DNA of 32,000 nt from Chondromyces apiculatus DSM 436 (GCF_000601485.1 NZ_ASRX01000026.1:12009-44008), one strand, 5' to 3'. Positions 23,831 to 32,000 are shown, numbered from the stretch's first letter. The notes: generated from the sequence alone by a model not told the origin. Translations and numbers: made by a program.

Positions 23831-24778
23831 TCACCCGCGCTCCAGCACGGCCTCGAGGTGGGCGTCGAGCCGCTCCCTCAGCGTCTCCGCCGGGATCCGG
23901 GGCAACCCGAACGTTTCCCAGGGCTCGTAGAACACCGGCTCCGGCAAGCACATGTCGAGCACTGCATCGAGGTCCCAGTACGGGTCGTGCACGTATCCCG
24001 CCGCCGCTGCGCCGTACGCCTCCAGAAACGCCGCGGCCGCCGCGGGACCCCGCATCAGCACGAGATCGGTCCTGCAGTGCGCCACATCGACCCCGGCGGG
24101 CCCACGGCACGCATTCACCCAGTCCACGACGCCGCTCACCGTCCCGTCGCGCCACAGCACGTTCACCGCGTGGTAGTCGCGGTGGAGGAGCACCGGAGGA
24201 TCGTCCGGCGCCCCGGCGTGCCACCTGTCGATCGCCCGCGCCCACGCTGCGGGTACCCTGGTCCACGAGGGCGGCGCCAGCGCCTTGCCCACCGTCCAGC
24301 TCCGGAAGACCCAGGGGAATGCCTCGGCGCGGTGACGGTGAATGCGGGCGAGCATCGTCGCGAGCCCCTCCAGCCAGCGCTGGGCGTTCCGCGGACGCAC
24401 CTCCACCTGCCCCTCGACGAAGGACATGAGGAGCGCTGGCGCGCCCGAGCCCGCGTCATCCGTGTGCGCGACCGGGCTGGGTGCAACGAGCCCAGCGCTC
24501 CGGGCCTCGCGGAGCGCCGCGACCTCGTGCGCTGCGAGATCAGGCTCTTCCCGGAGCCACTCGGCATTGTCGAGCACGCGGAGCACGAAGCGCCGCGGAT
24601 CCCCGGCGGACCGCGCGCGGACCTCGAAGACGGAAGACGAGGTCGCGCCCCGCATCCGGGTGAGATGCAGCTCGGGCAGCGCGATCTCCGTGGCGCGGCT
24701 CACCCACGCCATCTGCGCGGGCGTGGGGCCTGCTTCCCGAGGAACGCTCACGCGCCCTCGGCGCCTGCCTGCAACCAC
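23831..24778 (-). CDS. aminoglycoside-phosphotransferase (APH)/kinase-like family protein (315 aa)
   Basis: Catalytic loop LLHRDYHAVNVLW and metal-binding VVDWVNAC. The start is uncertain (GTG 24778 or ATG 24712). Confidence 0.8.
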   Translation of the reverse strand: MVAGRRRGRVSVPREAGPTPAQMAWVSRATEIALPELHLTRMRGATSSSVFEVRARSAGDPRRFVLRVLDNAEWLREEPDLAAHEVAALREARSAGLVAPSPVAHTDDAGSGAPALLMSFVEGQVEVRPRNAQRWLEGLATMLARIHRHRAEAFPWVFRSWTVGKALAPPSWTRVPAAWARAIDRWHAGAPDDPPVLLHRDYHAVNVLWRDGTVSGVVDWVNACRGPAGVDVAHCRTDLVLMRGPAAAAAFLEAYGAAAAGYVHDPYWDLDAVLDMCLPEPVFYEPWETFGLPRIPAETLRERLDAHLEAVLERG

Positions 24779-24889
24779 CGCGTCCAGGAGACAGGGAGCA
24801 CGAGGAGCTTCTACGCCTGCACCGGGCCGTCGGCAATGAGGTCCGACCCGTCGACTTCCTGCTGGAGGAGCCGAGAAACGCGATCAACC

Positions 24890-25962
24890 ATGTCCTCGAT
24901 GACAGGCAACGGTGCCACGGACCTACCCCTGCTCTCGGCGCGCCTTGCGTTCAACCTGGGCTTCGAGCCCAGCAAGCTCGCCGCGCGTCACGCCACCGAG
25001 GAGCCGCTCGCGCGCCTCGCGGCGGCCCCCGACACCGCGGCCGATGCCAAGCTCGCGCACGCGGTCCGGTTCGCGACGGCGGCCATCCGCATCGAGCACA
25101 AGATCGTGGCTCAGACGCTCGACGAGGTGACCACCCAGGTGCAGCAGGCCGGGATCGCGCTGCCCACCCTCCCCGCGGAGAGCAGCGACTGGTCGGCGTG
25201 GCCTGAAACCCTCCACACTGCCCTTGCGCCACACCTCGATGCTGCCGGCGAGGCGGCCCACGCCGCGGGTCTTGCCGCAGGAGAGTTCAGCCTGGCGTGG
25301 GGCCGCGCCGAGCGCATCGCCTACCTCCGCGCCTCCGCCCCGGACCACCCGGTGCTGGTCCACGAAGCGACCCAGCGCGTGACCGAGGTCGACGCGGCCT
25401 GGCCGAAGCTGATCGCAGCGCTCAGGAACATCGGGAGGCCCACCACGCTGGCCTCATCGATGCTCCGTCCACGGAGGGGCCTGGCGACGTGGAGCTGCGC
25501 CTGGTCGCCCAGATTGTGCTGTACCCCGACGACGACGCCCTCCGCCATCGCTACGCCGATCTCGCCGCCCTCCTGGCGCTCGCCAGGCTCCGGACGCTCG
25601 ACCTCACGAACCAGGGCGTCACCGACGCGGACCTCTCGGCGCTCGCGGCTTCACCCCACGTCGCGGGGCTCCGCTTCCTCGACCTGACCCAGAACGAGAT
25701 CACCAGCCAGGGCCTCGACGCGCTCGCCGCCTCCAGGGCGCTGCCCTCGCTCGTGACCGTGGGCCTCCAGCTCAACCGGGTCCACGACCCGGTCGACCAG
25801 CTCGAGTTCTACGACGAGACCAACCAGCACCGCGTCCCGACCGAGGAGGGCAGAGCCCTGGAGCAGAAGTACGGCAGGCTCCCCTGGCTCCACCCCGACG
25901 ACCCGCACCTGCCGCCCCGGCGTCTGCCGCTCCCGCTGGCCACGACGACCCGCGGCGCGTGA
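24890..25962 (+). pseudogene. LRR-containing protein gene that needs a -1/+2 frame change near 25425-25445 (frameshifted gene, sequencing error, or two genes)
   Basis: Frame A (ATG 24890) reads like a real helical protein up to ...AAWPKLIAALRNIG, then turns into S/R/T/P-rich out-of-frame text until 25687. Frame B is junk before about 25440. It then reads ...GLIDAPSTEGPGDVELRLVAQIVLYPDDDALRHRYADL... followed by RNI-type LRRs (LDLTNQGVTDADLSALAASPHVAGLRFLDLTQNEITSQGLDALAAS) up to the stop at 25962. Confidence 0.4.
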
Positions 25963-26162
25963 CCGCGGAGCAAGCCGCAGCCGCGTGGGCAGTCGTTCAG
26001 CGCGCCGTCTCGTTCGTCAGGCACGGCAAGCCTCACCACGAGGTCTGCAGGTTCTGTCGCCAGCCGCTGCGCATCGAGCACGCCTCCCTCGATCTCCAGC
26101 ACGCCCAGCTCTTCATCGGCTGCCCTTGCGGCAAGAGCAACGGCATCATCAAGGGCCTCTGA
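25959..26162 (+). CDS. small Cys-rich (CxxC...CxC, zinc-ribbon-like) protein (67 aa)
   Basis: GTG 25959 overlaps the LRR gene stop (GTGA). Very high GC3. Sequence HEVCRFCRQP...FIGCPCGKSNG. Confidence 0.55.
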   Translation: MTAEQAAAAWAVVQRAVSFVRHGKPHHEVCRFCRQPLRIEHASLDLQHAQLFIGCPCGKSNGIIKGL

Positions 26163-26287
26163 GCGGGCGCAACGCCCCGTTCCCCGCCATTGCCGACCCG
26201 GGAGCCTCGCCCAGCCCACGGCCGCTGGGCCCACTGAGACGGCCCTGAAACCTTGCGCTCCGGCGCATCCCTCGTTACCCCGGCTGC

Positions 26288-26917
26288 ATGCCCCTCTTGC
26301 CTCCCTGGTCGTCGGTCGTGCGCGTGGAGACCACCGAGCGGAAGACCTACGACCGCGAGGCGGGCGAGAGGAAGCGCGCGGTGGGCTTCAAGCCGGACCG
26401 CACCATCGACTCCGACGAGACCTGGATGTTCACCGACGGCAGCGGCAGCGGGTGGCATGGGCTCGTCGTCCTCCGCCAGGGCGAGGATTCTCGCCTCGTG
26501 GCGCGGGATGCCCGCATCCCCATGAAGAACGTCGGCGCCGAGATGAACGCCCTGCTCCTCGCGCTGGAGGCCATCCGCCCCGGCGAGCGCGTGGTCGTCG
26601 TGGCCGACTTCCTCTGGAACGTTTACTACCTGCTCGGCTGGTACAAGGTGAACCACCCGACCCTGCAGGAGCAGGTCGCGAAGGCGCACGCCCTGCTCGA
26701 CGCCTGCCGCCCTGCCTCGCTCCGGTACGTGCACATCCGCGGCCACGCCAAGGACAGCTCGCCCCTCGGGCACTGGAACCACATCGCCGACCGCCTCTGC
26801 GCCCTGCACCGCCCGGTGGACTGCACCGCGCCCGTGTCCGCCTTCGGGACCCCCGAGGCGCCGCGCCCCCTGGCCAAGGTCCTCCTGGAGGTGACAGACG
26901 GAGAGATCTTTCGCTGA
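26288..26917 (+). CDS. RNase H (RNase HI-like) domain protein with a 45-aa N-terminal extension and a 40-aa C-terminal tail (209 aa)
   Basis: The DEDD-type motifs appear in order: WMFTDGSGSG (Asp), NVGAEMNALLLALE (Glu), VVVADFLWNVY (Asp), VHIRGHAKD...GHWNHIADRLC (His/Asp). Confidence 0.7.
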   Translation: MPLLPPWSSVVRVETTERKTYDREAGERKRAVGFKPDRTIDSDETWMFTDGSGSGWHGLVVLRQGEDSRLVARDARIPMKNVGAEMNALLLALEAIRPGERVVVVADFLWNVYYLLGWYKVNHPTLQEQVAKAHALLDACRPASLRYVHIRGHAKDSSPLGHWNHIADRLCALHRPVDCTAPVSAFGTPEAPRPLAKVLLEVTDGEIFR

Positions 26918-26922
26918 GTGCC

Positions 26923-29109
26923 CTACTTTCCGGCGAACCACCCCTCGGTGAGGCCCGGCGTCGCCGCGGCGCCGAGGTCCGGCGCGAAGCCACAGCGGCT
27001 CTGGGTCCGCGACTTCCCCACGCACACCGGCACCCGACGCACGGCCTCCTCGCTGCCCTCGAACCGGCCGTCACCCAGGTAGGCGAACCCGATCCTGCCT
27101 GACGCCTCGCGCATGCTCCGCAGCACGAGCGGCCTGTAGTCGCCCTTCCGGAACAGGAGCACCTCATTGTGGAGGAGAAGGAGGAGGTGATCGCCGAAGC
27201 TCGGCGAGGTCGCCTTCTCGGACGAGGCGGGGAGCCGCGTGACCTCACCCCCCGCGATGGGGAGCAGGGAGGTGATCTCCCCGGACTGCCCCTGGCTGAT
27301 CAGGAGCGACCCCCCGTCGTCCGAGAAGCGGATCGGGCCGTCGTTTGCGTTGCTCAAGCGGTGCACCTTCGGCTTGAGCGAGGCGCCGACGTCGTAGACC
27401 AGAAGGTACTCGTAGGTGAGGACTGCCAGGCGCGCGCCGCGGGTGTCGAACACCACCTGCCTCGCCGGCTCGGGCAGCACCACCTGGTTGCTCAGCGTGC
27501 CTTTCGCCACGTCGAGCAGCGCGAGCACGCCCTGGCCGTCGACCCCCCCCGCCTCGCCCGTCTTGCTCACGATGAGCGCGCGCTTGCCGTCCGGCGTGGG
27601 CACGATCTGGGTGATCCTCGGCACCTCGCTGGCGAACCGCAGCGCGCGGCTGGCGAACCGCAGCTTCGCACTCCCCCGGTCTGCCAGAGCGATCCTCCCG
27701 TCGGGCAGCCCCGCGACCACCAGCCCGCCCTCGAACACCGCGAGGCACGTGGGCGCCTCGGGCAGCTTCGGAAGCTCCGCCGCCACCGCCCCCGTCCCCG
27801 CGTCGTGCAGGGACAGCGCGCCGTCGGGCGTGGCGCGGGCGGCGATGCCGCCGACCCCCACGGCCAGCTCCCCCACCACCTTGTCCAGCGTGATGCGCGG
27901 CGGCCGCAACGACCACAGGGTCTTCTCGCCCTGCGTCCCCGCCTTCGGCCCCTCGTACCCGAGCACCGCGGCGCTGCCGTCGGGCGCGAGGACCGCCTGC
28001 TTCACGGCCTCCCCCGGGAACAGCGTGAACATGCGCCAGTCGGGCTTGTCCCCGACGGTGCCGACCGCGAACCCGTCCCTCGGGGCGCGCTTGTCCTCGC
28101 CCCCCGTCACGCTGGCGACGCGCTTGCCATCGGGGCTGAGCACGCACTCTCGCGCCCGCGGCGCCCGCGGCACCACGCCCACCTGGGTGCCGCCTTGCAG
28201 CTCCAGGATCTCGCAGCCCCGGCTGCTCACGTAGGAGACAAGCCCCCCGCGCGTGTGGCGGACCTGGGCCAGGGAGCCGGGGAGCTTGAGGGTGCGCAGG
28301 GTCTTTCCTGTCGCGGGGTGGATCTCCAGCAGCTCCGCCGCCTCGTACGGCTGCGCGAAGATCCTCTTGCCGTCGGGCGAGAAGACGTAGGGCATGGAGG
28401 TCCCCTCGAGCGCGACCACCTTCGCGTCCGGAGCCGGACCCAGGATGGCGACGCCGTTGTTGCTCCCCTGACCGATCACCACCCTGCCGTCGTCGAGCAT
28501 CGCGAGCGAACTCACGTAACCGAACCTGTACCTCGCGATGGTCTGTCGCGACGCGAGGGCATGCACCTCGAGGCTGTCCCGCCCGGACCTCGTGATCAGC
28601 CTTTCGCCATCCGCGCTGGCCCACGCCCCTCCTTCGTTGACGATCAGGCGTTCATCCTGGGCACGAGCGTCGAGGGGATAGAGGTTGTCGTTGAAGTACA
28701 TCCAGCGCCCATGCGGATCGAGGGCCAGGTCTTTTCTGGGGCTGCCATAGCTCGGCCTCAGGGAGGCGCGCAGCGTGCCCGTGGTGAGGTCCCAGAGCTG
28801 CAGATCGCTCTCCGTGAACACCGCGAGTGTCCGCTCATCCACCCAGTGGACGTTCCACACCTTTGCCACCGGTTTCAGCCCGCCGATGACATGGACGCGT
28901 CCCCCCTCCGCGGTCTGCACACCCTCTGCTGGCGCCGCTTTCGCCGCCACCCTCGGAGCCTCGGTGGCTCCTGGCTGCGCCGTGGGCGCAGCCGCGACGG
29001 CGCGCCCAGGCCGTGGCCCCGCGACGGCATGGTCTGGCGCAGGGTTGGAGCCGCATGCCGTCACGAGGAGCATGCCGAGGAACGCGAGCCCGGAGCGCAG
29101 GATGCCCAT
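26923..29109 (-). CDS. beta-propeller (WD40/PD40-like) repeat lipoprotein (728 aa)
   Basis: Lipobox GMLLVTACGS. Many repeats of the type SPDGKR.., DG..LA.., ...LWDL.TG. High GC3 throughout. Confidence 0.8.
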   Translation of the reverse strand: MGILRSGLAFLGMLLVTACGSNPAPDHAVAGPRPGRAVAAAPTAQPGATEAPRVAAKAAPAEGVQTAEGGRVHVIGGLKPVAKVWNVHWVDERTLAVFTESDLQLWDLTTGTLRASLRPSYGSPRKDLALDPHGRWMYFNDNLYPLDARAQDERLIVNEGGAWASADGERLITRSGRDSLEVHALASRQTIARYRFGYVSSLAMLDDGRVVIGQGSNNGVAILGPAPDAKVVALEGTSMPYVFSPDGKRIFAQPYEAAELLEIHPATGKTLRTLKLPGSLAQVRHTRGGLVSYVSSRGCEILELQGGTQVGVVPRAPRARECVLSPDGKRVASVTGGEDKRAPRDGFAVGTVGDKPDWRMFTLFPGEAVKQAVLAPDGSAAVLGYEGPKAGTQGEKTLWSLRPPRITLDKVVGELAVGVGGIAARATPDGALSLHDAGTGAVAAELPKLPEAPTCLAVFEGGLVVAGLPDGRIALADRGSAKLRFASRALRFASEVPRITQIVPTPDGKRALIVSKTGEAGGVDGQGVLALLDVAKGTLSNQVVLPEPARQVVFDTRGARLAVLTYEYLLVYDVGASLKPKVHRLSNANDGPIRFSDDGGSLLISQGQSGEITSLLPIAGGEVTRLPASSEKATSPSFGDHLLLLLHNEVLLFRKGDYRPLVLRSMREASGRIGFAYLGDGRFEGSEEAVRRVPVCVGKSRTQSRCGFAPDLGAAATPGLTEGWFAGK

Positions 29110-29285
29110 GATGGCCGTACTCTACACGAGCCCCGCGGCGGCTCGTCAGCCCTGACACCAGAGAACCCACCTCTCCGCGTCTCTCCCCCCCGGATCGCGC
29201 CCCATGCCACCCGGACTGCGTGCGCGGTGTGCGCCGCCCGTGAACTCACCTGCGCCCCCGCTCGAAGCAGCGCTATCTTCGTGGC

Positions 29286-29849
29286 ATGACGGGGCGCGAG
29301 GACGTCACTCTCCTCCTCACCGCGGTGAGTGCCGGTGACCGCAAGGCCGTGGATGCGCTGCTCTCCGTCGTCTACGACGAGCTGCGCCGACGCGCCGCGT
29401 CCCTGATGCGCAGCGAGCGCGGGGACCACACCCTACAGCCCACGGCGCTGGTCCACGAAGCCTTCCTGCAGCTCGTGCAGATCGAGCGCATCGACTGGCA
29501 GGGCCGCGCCCACTTCTTCGCCGTCGCCTCGCAGATGATGCGCCGCATCCTCGTCGACCATGCCCGCACCCGCCTCGCCGACAAGCGCGGCGCCGGCGTG
29601 ACGCGCGTCCCCCTCGACAATGCGCTCGGCCTCTCGGTGGAGCGGGATCCTGACGTGCTGGCCCTCGACGACGCCCTCCAGGAGCTCGCCGCGCTCAACC
29701 CCCGGCATGCCGAGATCGTCTCCATGCGCTTCTTCGGCGGCCTCTCCGTCGAGGAGGTCGCGGCGGTCCTCGGCGTCCCGAAGCGCACCCTCGAAGCGGA
29801 GTGGAGCCTCATCAAAGCCTGGCTGCGGCGTGCGCTGACCGAAGCGTAG
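29286..29849 (+). CDS. ECF-type sigma-70 factor of the Ser/Thr-kinase-associated class (TIGR02999/ECF43-like, 187 aa)
   Basis: The N-terminus DVTLLLTAVSAGDRKAVDALLSVVYDELRRRAASLMRSERGDHTLQPTALVHEAF is the signature of this subgroup. Region 4 reads VSMRFFGGLSVEEVAAVLGVPKRTLEAEW. Confidence 0.9.
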   Translation: MTGREDVTLLLTAVSAGDRKAVDALLSVVYDELRRRAASLMRSERGDHTLQPTALVHEAFLQLVQIERIDWQGRAHFFAVASQMMRRILVDHARTRLADKRGAGVTRVPLDNALGLSVERDPDVLALDDALQELAALNPRHAEIVSMRFFGGLSVEEVAAVLGVPKRTLEAEWSLIKAWLRRALTEA

Positions 29850-29852
29850 ACG

Positions 29853-31853
29853 ATGGACGCCGCCCGCTACGCGCGCGTCACGGAGGTCTTCCTCGCCGTC
29901 CACACCCTGCCTCCCGGAGAGCGGGCGGTGGCGCTCGAACAGGCGTGCGCGGGAGATACCGCGCTCCGGGAAGAAGTCACCTCCCTGCTCGCCCACCACC
30001 AGGAAGCCTCGCTCTTCACCGCGCGGGCCACGCCACAGGGCCCGGACGCCGAGGCCGCCCTGCGACCCCAGGATGCCCCGCCCCAGCGGGCCCTCGCCGC
30101 GCTCGCCCCCCTTGCCCATGGTGCGCGCGCGGAGTGGGACGAAGAGCAGCGCCGCTTCCTGCACCAGCGCATCCGCGTGCTGGTCCTCATCCTCCACCTC
30201 TTCCTCTTCGGCATCCTGCTCCGCGCGACCCTCTCCGGAGCCTGGTCCAAGATCGCGACCCTGCCGGCTGCCGGGATCGCCTCCGGCGTCACCGCCCTCG
30301 TCGGCCTGGGCCTCCTCGTGCTGACCCTGCGCTCCCCCTCGCGGACCACCCTGCGGCGCTGCGAGATCGCAGGTCTCACCGCCGCGTTCGTGGTGCTCTG
30401 GAGCTGGCACCATGCGTGGCTCAGCAAGGGCATCACCCTCGCCAGCCCGCCCTCACCGCTGCTCCACGACCTCCTGCGCTCCGCCTACTGGGTCCTCTCG
30501 CCGGACGGCACAACCCACGTCCAGACGGGCACCACCCACATCAGCACGCCGGTCGGCACCCAGTGGGCAGCGCTGGCGGGCCTCTACGGCATCATCATCC
30601 CCAACGCCCGGCGGCGCGGCGCCGTGATGCTCGCCGGCCTCGCCCTCCTGTCCGCGGCGGTCGTCGTCGTCGCGGCCCTCGGCAACCCGGGCCTGCGCCC
30701 GTACGCGCGCGACAACGCCCTCACCTGCCTGATCCTGGTGGGCTTCTTCGGGGGCGTCGGGCTGTACATCGGCCTCCGGTTCCAGGCCCTCCGCAGGGCG
30801 GTCTTCGACGCCAGGCAGGTCGGCCAGTACCAGCTCACCCAGCTCCTCGGCAAAGGCGCCATGGGCGAGGTCTACCAGGCACGGCACCGGCTCCTGCGCC
30901 GCCCCTGCGCGGTGAAGCTGATCCGCGCCGACCGGGTGCAGCACCCCGAGTGGCTCTCACGCTTCGAGCGCGAGGTCCAGGCCATGGCCCAGCTCACCCA
31001 CCCGAACACCGTCGAGGTCTACGACTTCGGCCGCACCGACGACGGCGCGTTCTTCTACGCCATGGAGTACCTCCCTGGCGTGACCCTGGACGCCCTCGTC
31101 CATGCCCACGGCCCGCTCCCCCCGGGCCGGGTGGTCCACCTCCTGCGCCAGGTGTGCGGGGCGCTCGCCGAGGCGCACGACAAGGGCCTCGTCCACCGCG
31201 ACATCAAGCCCGGCAACATCTTCATCTGCGAGCGGGGCGGCGTGCACGACGTGGCCAAGCTCCTCGACTTCGGGCTCGTGCACGTCGAGGCGCGCGGGGA
31301 GCAGCCCCTCGCCAGTCGCCTCGCCAGCTCCCCTGCCGACCCGCGGTCGACGCCCGCGGTCGACGCCGAGGGCGCCACCTCCTCGGCGTCGTACCACACC
31401 CGCGCCGGGCAGCTCCTCGGCACGCCTGCGTACATGGCACCCGAGCAGGTGCGCGGGCACCAGCCCGACGCCCGCAGCGACATCTACAGCCTCGGCGGCG
31501 TCGCCTGCTTCCTCCTCACCGGCAAGCCCCCCTACGAGCGCGACACCCTGGAGGCGCTGTGCAAGGCGCACCTCGACGCCCCTCCGCCGCAGCTCCGTGA
31601 CCGCGATCCCCACCTCCCCGCCGACCTCTCCGCGGTGATCGCGCGCTGCCTGGCCAAGGACCGCGGCGCGCGGTTCCAGCACGTGAGCGAGCTTGTCGCG
31701 GCGCTCGATGCGCTCGACACCAGCGACGCCGCGAGCGCGTGGGACGGCAGGAGCGCCGCGGCGTGGTGGAGGGCGAAGGCGGGAGGGGAGGAGGGGGCAC
31801 AGAGCGCGCTCAGCCCGGAACAGGGAGCGCAGGGCGCGCTCAGCCAGGGATGA
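29853..31853 (+). CDS. membrane Ser/Thr protein kinase: N-terminal sigma-associated motif, multi-TM block, C-terminal Hanks kinase domain (666 aa)
   Basis: ATG lies 3 nt after the sigma stop. N-terminus RYARVTEVFLAVHTLPPGERAVALEQACAGDTALREEVTSLLAHH. Several hydrophobic helices (about aa 115-300). Kinase motifs GKGAMGEVY, AVKLI, HRDIKPGNIF, DFGL and GTPAYMAPEQ. Confidence 0.9.
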   Translation: MDAARYARVTEVFLAVHTLPPGERAVALEQACAGDTALREEVTSLLAHHQEASLFTARATPQGPDAEAALRPQDAPPQRALAALAPLAHGARAEWDEEQRRFLHQRIRVLVLILHLFLFGILLRATLSGAWSKIATLPAAGIASGVTALVGLGLLVLTLRSPSRTTLRRCEIAGLTAAFVVLWSWHHAWLSKGITLASPPSPLLHDLLRSAYWVLSPDGTTHVQTGTTHISTPVGTQWAALAGLYGIIIPNARRRGAVMLAGLALLSAAVVVVAALGNPGLRPYARDNALTCLILVGFFGGVGLYIGLRFQALRRAVFDARQVGQYQLTQLLGKGAMGEVYQARHRLLRRPCAVKLIRADRVQHPEWLSRFEREVQAMAQLTHPNTVEVYDFGRTDDGAFFYAMEYLPGVTLDALVHAHGPLPPGRVVHLLRQVCGALAEAHDKGLVHRDIKPGNIFICERGGVHDVAKLLDFGLVHVEARGEQPLASRLASSPADPRSTPAVDAEGATSSASYHTRAGQLLGTPAYMAPEQVRGHQPDARSDIYSLGGVACFLLTGKPPYERDTLEALCKAHLDAPPPQLRDRDPHLPADLSAVIARCLAKDRGARFQHVSELVAALDALDTSDAASAWDGRSAAAWWRAKAGGEEGAQSALSPEQGAQGALSQG

Positions 31854-32000
31854 CGATGAGGCTCGACGTCGTGTCGTTGAAGTCGTCGAGGCGGCTGCAA
31901 TCGGCGGTGAGTGTCTTCGACGTGCCCGAGTACCCCGAGTCCTTGTAGAGGATCACCGTCCAGTTCGTGGGCACCTTGACGGAGCTCAACCTGTTGTCGC
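31840..32000 (-). CDS. beta/gamma-crystallin-like (peptidase inhibitor I36-like) domain protein, C-terminal end only (5' part outside the window)
   Basis: Not in the ORF track (no start codon in the window). The minus strand reads ...DNRLSSVKVPTNWTVILYKDSGYSGTSKTLTADCSRLDDFNDTTSSLIVIPG*, the classic SS-V-x-V / W-x-V-x-LY-x-D / NDxxSS Greek-key pattern. The stop at 31840-31842 overlaps the kinase 3' end. Confidence 0.55.
   Translation of the reverse strand, partial: DNRLSSVKVPTNWTVILYKDSGYSGTSKTLTADCSRLDDFNDTTSSLIVIPG

Noticed and set aside
22328-25687. A 1119-aa plus-strand ORF spanning four annotated genes.
   Set aside because: Most of it is off-frame or antisense junk (R/P/G-rich) running across the BtuF-like, phosphatase and APH genes. 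Only its last part (from ATG 24890) looks like protein, and I annotate that as the 5' half of the LRR gene.
29236-29285. ECF-type promoter guess (GAAC-N17-CGAA) upstream of the sigma gene.
   Set aside because: The match to a generic AAC/CGT ECF promoter is weak. The -10-like element would leave a leader of only about 15 nt. Target promoters of this ECF class are not known to me. The support is not enough to call a feature.

Overview
This is a very GC-rich, densely coding chromosomal segment. Third codon positions are almost all G/C, and Gly-rich lipoprotein linkers, DUF1552/DUF1588 pairs and an ECF-sigma plus Ser/Thr-kinase pair give it a myxobacterial (Sorangium/Polyangiales-like) look. I can support about 31 protein-coding genes and find no rRNA, tRNA, CRISPR array, IS element or integrase. 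From left to right the window holds: (1) a DUF1588/DUF1552/FG-GAP operon, an SMP-30-like lipoprotein and a K/E-rich hypothetical; (2) a GGT-family gene and a GH5 endoglucanase; (3) a MoxR-like AAA+ ATPase coupled to a DUF2201 metallopeptidase/VWA protein, preceded by a small Q/N-rich ORF; (4) a six-gene formate dehydrogenase operon (fdnG-fdnH-nrfD-like-small lipoprotein-fdhE-ORF119) whose catalytic subunit is split in the ORF track by an in-frame TGA. I read that TGA as selenocysteine, because an fdhF-like SECIS hairpin follows it; (5) a PQQ sugar dehydrogenase divergent from a TetR regulator; (6) an unrecognisable three-gene cassette led by a His5-containing mini-ORF; (7) a signal-less BtuF-like binding protein, a PTP phosphatase and an APH-like kinase; (8) an apparently frameshifted LRR gene, a coupled Cys-rich mini-protein and a stand-alone RNase H-like gene; (9) a beta-propeller lipoprotein divergent from the ECF sigma and membrane Ser/Thr kinase pair. 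Many neighbouring genes overlap by ATGA/GTGA, which defines the operons. Several short tandem repeats (9, 15, 18/9 and 21 bp) sit exactly at gene boundaries. The best candidates for uncharacterised biology are the MoxR/VWA-metallopeptidase pair with its (CCCGGGGTG)7 junction repeat, the His-rich three-gene cassette, and the LRR/Zn-ribbon-like/RNase H group. All functional calls rest on motif recognition by eye. No database search was run.
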